From a phage, in sequence record PZ386952.1: DNA of 61,166 nt. One strand, given 5' to 3'. The position numbers and the translations under genes were made by a program. This document shows positions 18,382-27,876 of this stretch, in pieces. Position 1 is the stretch's first letter, and the number at the start of each line of letters is the position of its first letter. The notes below the pieces were generated by a model that ran no database searches, was not told the origin of the DNA, and was given only the letters and a program-made list of their open reading frames with translations.

Positions 18382-21300
18382 ATGGCAACTCGTTTATATG
18401 GTGTTTTGCTTGACGGCTTAAAAAAACCAATCGTTAATGCAACAGTCGTTCTCTTAGCAAAAGGAAACACGATAACCGTCCTTAACGGTAGCGAAGCAAT
18501 CTTTAAGACCGACGCTCAGGGTGCGTACAATGTTACTGTGCAATCAGGATACTATAAAGTAATTATAGGTCCACAAGGTACTGAACCTTATAAAGCTGGG
18601 GAAATTGCAATATATGCTGATAGTCAGGAAGGGTCGCTTAACAATTATTTAGTTAACTGGGCGGAAGAAGATCTAACACCTGAAGTTATTAAACAAGTCA
18701 AAGAGCTTGTAGCGGTTTCAGAACAGTATTCGCTTCAAGCTGGAAGGTCAGCTGCCGCTGCACAAGCGGATGCTACAGATGCACGCAATAGTAAAGCTTC
18801 CGCTGCCCAATCTGCCGCAGATGCACTTGTGTATAAAAATGATTCCAAAGCTAATGCTGACGCCGCTAAACAAGCACAAGCTGGGGCTGCTGGGTCTGCT
18901 AATACCGCTAACGCCGCTGTCGCCACAATACGGGCTATACAACAGGATGTTACAGCATCCAAAGACCGAGCAATAACTGCTGAAACCAATGCAAAAGCTA
19001 GTCAAGATGCGTCTGCAAACTCAGCCGGGGCAGCAAAAGTATCGGAAACCAACGCAAAGTCCAGTGAAACTAAAGCTAAAGAGTACATGCAAACGGCGCA
19101 AAGCCTTGCCAGCCCTTTGACGCAATACAATTGGCCCGTTGAAACCAGCAATAAAGACGCTTACGTTAAGATTGCTAAACTTAGCGACCCAGGGGCATCA
19201 AGCTGCCACTTAACGCTAATGGTTACAAATGGTGGCGGCTACGGTGTAACTTACGGGAATATTGACTTTATAGAGATCTCCGCTCGCGGTCTTAACAGTA
19301 CAGGTGAAATAACCAGCGAAAACGTAATTAAGTTTTTAAGTGTTCGCCGCCTCGGTTCACCAAGCCTTTCCAATAGTAGTCAAATTAATTATGGCCTGGT
19401 AGGAGGTGATGGTTATTTTGAGGTATGGTGTTATCAGCGAACATTTATTAAAGAGACAAAGGTAGCTGTGCTGGCGCAGACTGATAAAAACGTGGAGTTA
19501 TACATTCCCGAAGGATTTGTTACTCAAACCGACGCACCCGCTGGATATATAGAAAGCAAGGCAAGGAGGATTTACGACGAGGGAAACAAACCTACTAAGG
19601 AAGATGTTGGCCTTTCCAATGCTCTACTAAAAGGTGATTTTGGTCTTGGTGGTAGCGGGTCAGTAATAAGCGGTAAGATGAGCGATGCTGAGCTATTACA
19701 ATACCTGCGTAGTAGAGGAGGTCAATTCTGGCGCAGTGATAAGCCGACCGGAAGCACGGCGACCATTTATAGCCACGGTTCGGGTATATTCTCGCGTTGC
19801 GGCGATACGTGGTCAGCGATCAATATCGACTACTCAACCGGTAAAGTCAAGGTTTACGCTGGTAACGACAATGGACTTAACTCTGGTAATTTTTCCATCA
19901 ACGAGCTATACGGAACTAAAAATAAGCCGTCGAAATCGGATGTTGGACTTAGCAACGTAACTAACGATACGCAGGTTAGAAAATCCGGCGATGCTATGTC
20001 AGGTGACTTGATAATCCAAAAAGGTACACCTTCACTCTACCTGCGGTCAAAAAGTGGAACCGCCCATGTATGGTTCCAAAATGAGGATCAGTCGGAACGC
20101 GGCGTTATTTGGGCGCCTACAAATACTGCCTCGCTTGGTGAGATCCGCATTCGGGCAAAGACCGCTGACGGCACGGCTACCGGTGATTTTGTTGTTCGTC
20201 ATGATGGACGAATCGAAGCGAAAGACGCAAAGATCAGCTATAAGGTGTCCTCTCGTACTGCTGAGTTCGCCAACGACGACACGAACACGATGGTGAACAC
20301 GTTAAAAATCATCGGTAAACAGCATACGCCGTTACTTTTAACGCGTACCGGTTATTCTGAAAACCTATCCATTGGTTTTAAGGTTGACAACGTTGTCCAA
20401 AAATATCTCGGAATTAATGGCAGTGGAGATCTGTGTTTTGGTGATTATGCTGATCAAAAAACAAACAGTAGAGTAATTACACAAGCAATACTAGATAGCG
20501 GGGTAACCGCCAGTTCATTAACCACACAGAAGGTTATTCTTGGTAATGTTACTCTTCGACAAATAAACGAGGACGAAGGTACGGGGATAGGTGTTGTTTT
20601 TGATGGTTCTAACTCTACTGAAAACACCTTCGGAATAGTTAATACTGGTGGCGGTTCGGCTGTTTTTCACAATTATGCTAAACCAGCTGATTCCTCCGCT
20701 GTTAATACGGGCGTTCTGATAGGGGGCTATGGATCAAGACCGTGGACAGGTAGCACCTATACAGAACACGGTAATGTGTCACAACACTTTCTTATGGATG
20801 GTGTAGCTTCTGCAACTAACCACGGTGGTTGGTTCCGTTTGTTAACCACACCATTAAATGCGACCGTAGACGAGCGTCGACAGACATTTGCTACAAGTAA
20901 TAATGGCGACCTTTATATAGGTTACGATGTACCTATGGGGCTGTACAAGCTGGATGCTGCAAATTACAACGGCTTGGACATATTAAACGGTCGCGGTCTT
21001 AAGCAAGTAAATAACACCGCTAATGAAATAGCCTTAATCACTCCACGAAACGGGGCAACAGCTTATCTAAATTTCAGAGGTGTTGCTTTTGATGGCACAA
21101 TGACTGGAACTAAGGGTGCAACTCAGCAGGGTGACAACTTGTGGTTATCTTTTGCAGGACATGATGGTGTAAAATTCACCGGAGCGGCGGCTGGTATCAG
21201 AATACAGGCTTCAACTGGTTGGAGCACGACCTCAACTCAATGCGGGATAACATTTGCAACAACTGCTCAAGGGAGCACAAAAAGAACGGATAGATGGGCA

Positions 21301-21798
21301 ATAACAAGTGACGGCACTCTATCACCTGCACAAGATAATACTTACGCAATTGGTAGTTCTGTTAGCCGCGCTACGTCAATCTTTGCAACTAATGGTGCAA
21401 TACAGACATCAGATGCAAGAATGAAAACAGATGTCCGAAAAATGTCAGACGCCGAACTTTCAGCCGCTAAAGATATAGCCAGAGAGTTTGGCTTCTTTCA
21501 GTGGATTGAAAGAGTTAAAACGGAGGGTGACGCTGCAAGGTGGCACGCAGGTATAACAGTCCAACGCGTCATTAGTATTATGACTTCTTACGGCTTAGAC
21601 CCAATGGCGTATGGATTTGTCTGTTATGATTCTTGGGAAGAACAGGAAATTGTATCTGTAGACCCAGATAATCAATCGAAGACTATCACAAAAATAGAAG
21701 CAGGGGATAGATATAGCTTACGTTATTCAGAACTTAGCATTTTCATAGCCAGAGGGTTGGAACAGAGGATTTCGGAGTTGGAGGACAAACTTTTGTAA
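18382..21798 (+). CDS. long tail fiber with C-terminal intramolecular chaperone (peptidase S74-like) domain
   Basis: 1138 aa; Ala-rich repeat segment near N-terminus; C-terminal ~130 aa resemble the auto-cleaving chaperone domain of T5 L-shaped fiber / endosialidases (TSDARMKTDV junction). Confidence 0.75.
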   Translation: MATRLYGVLLDGLKKPIVNATVVLLAKGNTITVLNGSEAIFKTDAQGAYNVTVQSGYYKVIIGPQGTEPYKAGEIAIYADSQEGSLNNYLVNWAEEDLTPEVIKQVKELVAVSEQYSLQAGRSAAAAQADATDARNSKASAAQSAADALVYKNDSKANADAAKQAQAGAAGSANTANAAVATIRAIQQDVTASKDRAITAETNAKASQDASANSAGAAKVSETNAKSSETKAKEYMQTAQSLASPLTQYNWPVETSNKDAYVKIAKLSDPGASSCHLTLMVTNGGGYGVTYGNIDFIEISARGLNSTGEITSENVIKFLSVRRLGSPSLSNSSQINYGLVGGDGYFEVWCYQRTFIKETKVAVLAQTDKNVELYIPEGFVTQTDAPAGYIESKARRIYDEGNKPTKEDVGLSNALLKGDFGLGGSGSVISGKMSDAELLQYLRSRGGQFWRSDKPTGSTATIYSHGSGIFSRCGDTWSAINIDYSTGKVKVYAGNDNGLNSGNFSINELYGTKNKPSKSDVGLSNVTNDTQVRKSGDAMSGDLIIQKGTPSLYLRSKSGTAHVWFQNEDQSERGVIWAPTNTASLGEIRIRAKTADGTATGDFVVRHDGRIEAKDAKISYKVSSRTAEFANDDTNTMVNTLKIIGKQHTPLLLTRTGYSENLSIGFKVDNVVQKYLGINGSGDLCFGDYADQKTNSRVITQAILDSGVTASSLTTQKVILGNVTLRQINEDEGTGIGVVFDGSNSTENTFGIVNTGGGSAVFHNYAKPADSSAVNTGVLIGGYGSRPWTGSTYTEHGNVSQHFLMDGVASATNHGGWFRLLTTPLNATVDERRQTFATSNNGDLYIGYDVPMGLYKLDAANYNGLDILNGRGLKQVNNTANEIALITPRNGATAYLNFRGVAFDGTMTGTKGATQQGDNLWLSFAGHDGVKFTGAAAGIRIQASTGWSTTSTQCGITFATTAQGSTKRTDRWAITSDGTLSPAQDNTYAIGSSVSRATSIFATNGAIQTSDARMKTDVRKMSDAELSAAKDIAREFGFFQWIERVKTEGDAARWHAGITVQRVISIMTSYGLDPMAYGFVCYDSWEEQEIVSVDPDNQSKTITKIEAGDRYSLRYSELSIFIARGLEQRISELEDKLL

Positions 21799-21803
21799 TG
21801 ATA

Positions 21804-21830
21804 AAAAGCCCTGCAATGCAGGGCTTTTTA
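21804..21830 (+). terminator. rho-independent terminator
   Basis: AAGCCCTGCA-A-TGCAGGGCTT hairpin followed by TTTTA. Confidence 0.8.
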
Positions 21831-21959
21831 TTGACTGTCAATCCTAATTTACAAAATCTTTACATTTGGATCATTGTAAAAAGCATGTTAAGGGGTATGC
21901 TTTACTTCGTAACCAGTTGGTTACATCCGCTTAACAAATCCATATATGGAGATTTTCCT

Positions 21960-22664
21960 ATGTCTGACATGACTCTTTTACCTACTAATCTCGGTGGCGA
22001 CGGTTTCGGCGGCGAAGCTGGTGCGGCTGGTATCGGTGGTGCGATCGGTGGTTTGATTGGTTCCTGGATCGGTAACGGTTGGGGTGGCAATGGTTGGGGT
22101 GGTCGCGGTAACTTCGCTGGTCCGGTGGAAGTGCAAGCTTCTGTTGACACCAACGCAATTCTGCAAGCTATCAACAACGGTACTCTTCAGACCATTCAGG
22201 GACAGAACGGTACTAACCTGACTGTTGAGCGCTCCGCCGCTTCTACCTATAACGGTATCACTCAGCAGAACACTCAGAACATGCTGGCTTCCGTTCAGGG
22301 CTTTGCCGGTCTGAACACTCAGATTCAGGGTAGCACCAGCCAAGTGCTTGCAGCTCTGTGTAGCAACGAAGCGGCTAACATTACCCGTTCTTTCCAGGCT
22401 CAGTTAGAAGCTCAGAAGTGTTGCTGCGAAACCAACCTGAACATCGAGCGTCAAGCAGAAGCTACTCGTGCTCTCCTGCGCGATCAGCACGCACAAGCGC
22501 AAGCTGTTCTAATCTGTGACCTGAAGTCCCAGTTGCAGGAAGCTCGCTTTGCAAACTCTCAGTTGGCGCAGACAGCTAGCCTTACCTGTAAAATCAATCA
22601 GGTTGAGCAGTTAGTTAACTTTAAACTGCCAACTCCTCCGACTCCTCCGACTGGCTGCTGCTAA
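21960..22664 (+). CDS. Gly/Trp-rich, Cys-containing hypothetical protein
   Basis: Track ORF starts 21798 inside terminator; ATG at 21960 has GGAGA RBS; Gly-rich N-terminus (GWGGNGWGG), Gln-rich helical middle, CCC and C-terminal GCC. Confidence 0.45.
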   Translation: MSDMTLLPTNLGGDGFGGEAGAAGIGGAIGGLIGSWIGNGWGGNGWGGRGNFAGPVEVQASVDTNAILQAINNGTLQTIQGQNGTNLTVERSAASTYNGITQQNTQNMLASVQGFAGLNTQIQGSTSQVLAALCSNEAANITRSFQAQLEAQKCCCETNLNIERQAEATRALLRDQHAQAQAVLICDLKSQLQEARFANSQLAQTASLTCKINQVEQLVNFKLPTPPTPPTGCC

Positions 22665-22685
22665 TCGTTGAAGTGTGGTTAAACT

Positions 22686-22721
22686 AAAGCGCCTTTCGCT
22701 CCTCCGCTTGGGGCGCTTTTA
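22686..22721 (+). terminator. candidate terminator
   Basis: AAAGCGCC ... GGCGCTTT 8-bp stem with internal loop, then TT. Confidence 0.35.
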
Positions 22722-22735
22722 ACAGAGGTACTATC

Positions 22736-23104
22736 ATGAGCCACATTAAAATCGCAACGATTGGAATGCCACTGGTCAAATTGCCTAAGGTTGCTTTACC
22801 TCGTATTAGCGTAGGTGAGCACCACCATGAACATGAGAAAGAGGGATACAAACATGCTCACTCTTATGCTCGAGATCATGAACATATGGCAGCTATGTCA
22901 AATGTTCTTGACCGGATGGAAGAACCTCCGCATACGTGGGCGGCGTACCACGACAAGCCCGGCGGTATGATGTCCATTGTTGAAATGGAATACCGCGAAT
23001 TAATGGAGTGTAAGAAAGGAGGCGACCAAGCAGGTATCATGAATGAGTTGACTGATCTTGCCGCAGCCTGTATTTGCGCTCTTCAAAAAATGAAAGATAT
23101 GTAA
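22736..23104 (+). CDS. His-rich protein with MazG-like C-terminal region (putative NTP pyrophosphohydrolase)
   Basis: 122 aa; His-rich stretch GEHHHEHEKEGYKHAHSYARDHEH; C-terminal EMEYRELMEC ... ELTDLAAACICAL resembles MazG/HisE helices; weak. Confidence 0.3.
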   Translation: MSHIKIATIGMPLVKLPKVALPRISVGEHHHEHEKEGYKHAHSYARDHEHMAAMSNVLDRMEEPPHTWAAYHDKPGGMMSIVEMEYRELMECKKGGDQAGIMNELTDLAAACICALQKMKDM

Positions 23105-23119
23105 GAATAGGAAGCCGAC

Positions 23120-23650
23120 ATGCAAAACGTAAACGCAGGAATGGGCGTAACCCAGTTCAACGGGATGAAACCGAAAAACTCCATCAACATGGGCGGTGTT
23201 GTTTGGACGTTACGTCGGGACGCTACCGATTCAACTACCATGTTCCCACACCAGAAGGTTAGCTGGCTTAATGCTGGCTGTGAACCTATGGGTGATGGAA
23301 GGGTTCATTACTGTTGGATTATGGGAGTGATACCGCCTACGCCGGGCACTATCGAACGACCCGTGAATGTGATGTATGTCGGCTTCCACCAGTTCAAGAT
23401 TACAATTGCCCCAAACTCCATTAGTCAGTCGGATCTTGATCGTATGCACGTTTACGTCAGCGATGGTACAGACTTCGCAGGGGATTTTATTAATAAGTTT
23501 CTTGGCGTGCAACCGGAGCAACCTGTAGAAGCCCGCGAACATATTAGTCCGTGGCCGCCGATGATTGACCAGGAAGTGTTGCAGCCGAAGACCGCTCAAA
23601 CGGTCCCTCAGAAACCGGAGCAGAAGGTAAAACCAAATGACGAAGAATGA
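23120..23650 (+). CDS. hypothetical protein
   Basis: 176-aa ORF with RBS GGAAG; no motif recognised. Confidence 0.4.
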   Translation: MQNVNAGMGVTQFNGMKPKNSINMGGVVWTLRRDATDSTTMFPHQKVSWLNAGCEPMGDGRVHYCWIMGVIPPTPGTIERPVNVMYVGFHQFKITIAPNSISQSDLDRMHVYVSDGTDFAGDFINKFLGVQPEQPVEAREHISPWPPMIDQEVLQPKTAQTVPQKPEQKVKPNDEE

Positions 23651-23942
23651 AGGTATTGATAAAGTTGTTGAAGAACTTTCTATTCGCGCTCATGTTATAG
23701 CCGATGAAGGTCATAATCAACTTACTATTATGAAATCCGCATTCAGCGATTTCAAGTCGCTTGGAAACTTAAGCGGGTTAATGACGGTGCTGTCGACCGG
23801 AAAATTAACCCAACAGCAAATCAGTCTGGCTCAGCGTATTGCTGTTAAAGTTATTGCGGTACTTGGGATGATTGAAGCTGAAAGCCCAGTTCCAAGCAGG
23901 ATAACGAAAGCGACCTTTAAGGAGGTCTACTATGTGTGGTAA
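23637..23942 (+). CDS. hypothetical protein
   Basis: 101-aa ORF overlapping neighbours by a few nt. Confidence 0.4.
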   Translation: MTKNEGIDKVVEELSIRAHVIADEGHNQLTIMKSAFSDFKSLGNLSGLMTVLSTGKLTQQQISLAQRIAVKVIAVLGMIEAESPVPSRITKATFKEVYYVW

Positions 23943-24135
23943 TACTAACCGTTGCTGTTTAGGCAGTCCTGCAACACAAGCAGGTATACTTCAGGGGCAA
24001 TTGGCTCAAGCAGCGTGTAATTGCAAAACTTTTCAACCAGTAGCGCCAACTCCTGTGTTTGTGAATGCTTTTGCCCCGCCTGTTTTCAATACTTTTGGCG
24101 TATACCCATACGGTGCTTTCTTTCGTATATTCTAA
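23932..24135 (+). CDS. small Cys-rich hypothetical protein
   Basis: 67 aa, 6 Cys; last + strand ORF before terminator. Confidence 0.3.
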   Translation: MCGNTNRCCLGSPATQAGILQGQLAQAACNCKTFQPVAPTPVFVNAFAPPVFNTFGVYPYGAFFRIF

Positions 24136-24142
24136 GAAGAGA

Positions 24143-24166
24143 AAAGGGGCAAACGCCCCCTTTCTT
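24143..24166. terminator. bidirectional terminator between + and - gene blocks
   Basis: GGGGC-AAAC-GCCCC hairpin flanked by A-run and CTTTCTTT. Confidence 0.55.
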
Positions 24167-24486
24167 TAACGCTTATGAAAAGCTGACAGGATTGCAAGTG
24201 TTACAGCACCCAATCCAAAGACGGTAGCATAAGTGAGTTGATGTTGAACTTTAACAAAACCGTAATATGTGCTAGGGATCTCCACAATCCCAAACGCCAT
24301 AGCAAAACTTGTCCCAAGAAGTGAAACCGAAAGGGCGCGTAATAACGCCCTGCTCATTGCTGCCAAACCTTTCTCGTTACTGTCTCCGGTCATTATAACC
24401 ACAATAATAAGAAACAGCGCAACAATTACTAGCAGGTATTCCATCAACGTCTTCTCTGTACATGTATTGATCATACGCAGTCGCAA
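24166..24486 (-). CDS. small membrane protein (true start probably internal)
   Basis: Hydrophobic helices; overlaps next ORF in another frame, so start is uncertain. Confidence 0.3.
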   Translation of the reverse strand: MRLRMINTCTEKTLMEYLLVIVALFLIIVVIMTGDSNEKGLAAMSRALLRALSVSLLGTSFAMAFGIVEIPSTYYGFVKVQHQLTYATVFGLGAVTLAILSAFHKR

Positions 24487-24649
24487 TAATAGTGACGGGC
24501 CAGCAAGCGAGTATACATAGAAGACTTACAATCTTCTCCCAACGTTTCTTATGGGCTAGCGCATAATCATAGTTATTCCAACAAAAGAAATAAGTCATTA
24601 CCGCAATGATTGCACCAATTACAAAATACATAACCACATATTCATTCAT
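24377..24649 (-). CDS. small membrane protein
   Basis: 90 aa with two hydrophobic segments. Confidence 0.3.
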   Translation of the reverse strand: MNEYVVMYFVIGAIIAVMTYFFCWNNYDYALAHKKRWEKIVSLLCILACWPVTIIATAYDQYMYREDVDGIPASNCCAVSYYCGYNDRRQ

Positions 24650-24831
24650 TTAGCAAACTCCCAGATCAGATTATAATTATTTCCCACTGGTACATATCGC
24701 CCTGGACGTGGATCGAAGCTTTTCACTGAAAACTCCAGCGTTCCGGCGCTATATAGTTGCACCTTTTGTCCGTCCCACGGTCCGCCTATCAATTTAAAAG
24801 TCTGCCGATAACCTTTTGCAGCTTTAGCCAT
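24646..24831 (-). CDS. hypothetical protein
   Basis: 61 aa, RBS AAGGAG upstream. Confidence 0.35.
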   Translation of the reverse strand: MAKAAKGYRQTFKLIGGPWDGQKVQLYSAGTLEFSVKSFDPRPGRYVPVGNNYNLIWEFAK

Positions 24832-24843
24832 GCTCGCTCCTTA

Positions 24844-24867
24844 AATACCCGCGCGAACGCGGGTATT
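24844..24867 (+). other. perfect 10-bp stem-loop; terminator-like on + strand
   Basis: AATACCCGCG-CGAA-CGCGGGTATT followed on + strand by ATTTTATT; on - strand it sits between a stop codon and the next RBS without a U-tract. Confidence 0.45.
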
Positions 24868-24873
24868 ATTTTA

Positions 24874-25080
24874 TTACGCTTCCGGTGTTTCCGGTGATGG
24901 TTCATTAGGAACAACAATAACGTCGGCTAAAACTTTTAATGCTTCTTGTTGCTCCGCGGTCATATTATTCCAGTAATAGACGTGAATGTAAACTACTGGT
25001 TTATCCCCATGTTGCCACGGTTCACGACTTACTACATCCGCAGCTAAATCGCTTGCTACGCTCTTTTCTTTACCAGCCAT
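24874..25080 (-). CDS. hypothetical protein
   Basis: 68-aa ORF. Confidence 0.35.
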   Translation of the reverse strand: MAGKEKSVASDLAADVVSREPWQHGDKPVVYIHVYYWNNMTAEQQEALKVLADVIVVPNEPSPETPEA

Positions 25081-25112
25081 GCTAATGTACCCCTTTAAGG
25101 TTTTACACGCGG

Positions 25113-25406
25113 CTAGCCCCCAAAAGTACCCCTATGATCAAGGGTTCTAATGCGCTGCTCCAGCCAACGTGCGTTCTTTTCAAAATGTTTATTGGTACGC
25201 GCTGCTTTGCACGCATCAATAATACCTAACTCACATCCAAGCTGCGTTTGGCCCATTACGTAAGAATGGGTTAACATGCTGGATACAAGCTCTTCACATT
25301 GTAACTTAATAGGATGGTCTTGGCATAGTTTCTTTGCTGCATCTTTTAAATCCACAGCTTGGGCACCAGGAGCTATCAGTAAAGTTACGAGTAATAAACG
25401 TTTCAT
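25113..25406 (-). CDS. secreted Cys-containing protein (signal peptide)
   Basis: N-terminal MKRLLLVTLLIAPGAQA signal-like sequence; 4 Cys. Confidence 0.45.
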   Translation of the reverse strand: MKRLLLVTLLIAPGAQAVDLKDAAKKLCQDHPIKLQCEELVSSMLTHSYVMGQTQLGCELGIIDACKAARTNKHFEKNARWLEQRIRTLDHRGTFGG

Positions 25407-25747
25407 TATGCTTTTCCTTTACGGCATAAGGCCTGAAGTTCCAGAAGCGCATCAATGTCTTCCTGTGGAGTTACACCAACGCGAATTGGATATTTAGTGC
25501 GACATTGATTGCCAACTTCAACAGTGTGGTTAATGTAGCCGTAAACACATCCACCAATAACAGTGAAGATAAGCGCAACAATCATTGTAAGGTATTTACC
25601 TTGTTTGCGTTCTTCATTTTGTTTATTAAGCTGACGGTTAAGTTCCACCGCGTCGATTTTACCTTTGTTGTAATCGTCTACTAAGCTCATTTTGCATCTC
25701 CTCTTGTTGTATGCATATATTAAAACAGACCCGCGAAGGGTCTGCAA
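25406..25747 (-). CDS. membrane protein
   Basis: 113 aa with one strong transmembrane helix. Confidence 0.4.
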   Translation of the reverse strand: MQTLRGSVLIYAYNKRRCKMSLVDDYNKGKIDAVELNRQLNKQNEERKQGKYLTMIVALIFTVIGGCVYGYINHTVEVGNQCRTKYPIRVGVTPQEDIDALLELQALCRKGKA

Positions 25748-25754
25748 GTAGAAT

Positions 25755-27740
25755 TTAGGCGTACCCCATGTCTTCGAGATACTTCTCTGCTTTAGCTATA
25801 TAAGCATCATAATCTATGTCGTCCGGTACTTTATCCGGTAGCGTCATGATTGGGACACCACCCGAGCTACCAGCTACACGGTTGCCCGAGTTAGCATAGA
25901 TTATTTCAGGTGTTTCTTCATTAGTGCTTAAGTACCAGCGTACAACCTTACCCAAAAATTCGCCATTCCATACTGCGCCGCCTTTTACCGCACGTAGGAT
26001 AATGAATTTTCTAATATCGTTGCAATTGCGTATAGTATGAGAAACAGGCGTACCGTGGGCCAAACATTCACATACAGCTTCCATAATAATTTCACCAGTA
26101 CAGTTCTTTTGAAGACCTGTCTTGGCAAACCAGCCTTTACGCTTAACTTCAATGTTGCCTTCTGCATCAGGTTCTTTGACAGCTACATAGTTGTTAACGT
26201 TTGCACTGTATAGCTTGTCATAATAAGTGGATTCCATTTCAAAACCTGTTATGGATTCCCACCACTTGATCATATTATCAACGAAGTCCTGCATGTGGTC
26301 CGGATACTTAACCACAATACCATCCGTGTTCGCTGAAATTACTTTAACACCGTTCAGCTCAAATGCTTCAATAAGCATTAACAGCGATAACTGTCCCGTT
26401 AATGTAACTTGTATCAACAATTGCGGAGCGTACAGTACGGACCACATTGAACCCAATTTACCAAACGATCCGTTAATCACGATCTTCAGCGTATTGGCTG
26501 TGTTCTTGTCCCCTGAGTGCTTAGCTGCAATACGTCGGTCTACAATGCTTTTATAAACACGAAGAAACGCTGGTCCCAACTGCTCAGGGTATAAGCCCTG
26601 ATTAAGAATAATTGAAGGGTAATAGGACGTTACGTCAATGTCCCGCTTCTTAATACCCGGCTCTTTACCGTGACCGGCACACTCTTCGGAGCTGTGTAGC
26701 CCACCAATACCCATACGGTAGACACCGTCCGCAATCTTAATCTCCAGACCTGTTAATGCAGGAGGTAAGCTAACACCACCGTTATCGCTAACAATAAAGC
26801 GACAGTCCCGAACAATATCCAAAACACTATTCATCAAAGGTGTTTGAAAACGAATAAAGTCCGGTATGTTGTATGCATACTTTGTTCCAGGATAAACTTG
26901 CGGACGCTGTGGGCGCACACCCGTCAACGCTTGAATTTCGTGTTTAATTACGTCTTCTGCAATCTGCGCATCGGAGCGTGAACGCAGGTCTACACCGTAT
27001 TCTTGCGACATGATTTCACGCAAGTGAATAGGCTCTTGTAATGCAATAAAACATTCTTCCGTCTGTACAAGGTCGTTAATACAGTACCAGCGCACAATAA
27101 GCATCTGGTCTTGCGTCAACATTGTATTAGGCTTAAACGGTAAATCCTGCATACGGCGAGTATGTACTCGTCCGCCATATTGTTTCAAACCGCCGGATCC
27201 AGGCAGAACTTCCATAATATCAATGTGGTTAACGTTCTGCATACGCTTAAGGCGGTAACTCTTCAACACATCGGAAGGACGCCAGTCTTCCACGATTATC
27301 TTATCGGTTGCATCTTTAAGCTGAGCATTAGAGCAGCCGTTAAGCGCAAGCGTAGCAATTGGCATATCGTACCCGTTACCGTTAAAGCTTACGATAAGGA
27401 AGTTTGTCATTATCCAGTTAAGTAACAAGCAATTCAAACTACAACCGTGATACATTTCGAAGTAGACAACTTTCTTAGTCCGTACTCCGCGAAATGCAAT
27501 TAAGAAATAGTTTGGATAACATTCAATATCGTATACAAGCGGTTCGCGGTTAATCCATGCTTGAATAAGTTCGTCCTGTGTGTACAGGTTGTATTGGAAG
27601 TTCCGCGCTTCCTCAAGATTGGGCAAATAATCCGGGCGCTCCCAAGTGCGCTCCGGCGGTAAACGTTTAACCTTTTCTTTCTTTGCTTTTGGCTCAGGCG
27701 GTAAGTCCTGCCAAAAGAAACCAATAGCATCAGTCCTCAT
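25755..27740 (-). CDS. DNA polymerase (family B-like)
   Basis: 661 aa; YDIECYPNYF (exo I-like DxE), DVTSYYPSII (motif A-like DxxSLYPS), SANTDGI (motif C-like); RBS GGAGT. Confidence 0.75.
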   Translation of the reverse strand: MRTDAIGFFWQDLPPEPKAKKEKVKRLPPERTWERPDYLPNLEEARNFQYNLYTQDELIQAWINREPLVYDIECYPNYFLIAFRGVRTKKVVYFEMYHGCSLNCLLLNWIMTNFLIVSFNGNGYDMPIATLALNGCSNAQLKDATDKIIVEDWRPSDVLKSYRLKRMQNVNHIDIMEVLPGSGGLKQYGGRVHTRRMQDLPFKPNTMLTQDQMLIVRWYCINDLVQTEECFIALQEPIHLREIMSQEYGVDLRSRSDAQIAEDVIKHEIQALTGVRPQRPQVYPGTKYAYNIPDFIRFQTPLMNSVLDIVRDCRFIVSDNGGVSLPPALTGLEIKIADGVYRMGIGGLHSSEECAGHGKEPGIKKRDIDVTSYYPSIILNQGLYPEQLGPAFLRVYKSIVDRRIAAKHSGDKNTANTLKIVINGSFGKLGSMWSVLYAPQLLIQVTLTGQLSLLMLIEAFELNGVKVISANTDGIVVKYPDHMQDFVDNMIKWWESITGFEMESTYYDKLYSANVNNYVAVKEPDAEGNIEVKRKGWFAKTGLQKNCTGEIIMEAVCECLAHGTPVSHTIRNCNDIRKFIILRAVKGGAVWNGEFLGKVVRWYLSTNEETPEIIYANSGNRVAGSSGGVPIMTLPDKVPDDIDYDAYIAKAEKYLEDMGYA

Positions 27741-27876
27741 CTTTAAATGACTCCAACCATTTTAAAAGTTCATCGTCGCTTAACCCTTCCGGGACAGGTG
27801 TGGATTTATGGTTTTTATTTGAGCGCGAAAGTATAACCTTATCACAAGCTCCTTTATATGTTTCTTCATTTGTCAT
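27730..27876 (-). CDS. small hypothetical protein
   Basis: ATG at 27876 with GGAGA RBS; 48 aa. Confidence 0.3.
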   Translation of the reverse strand: MTNEETYKGACDKVILSRSNKNHKSTPVPEGLSDDELLKWLESFKDED

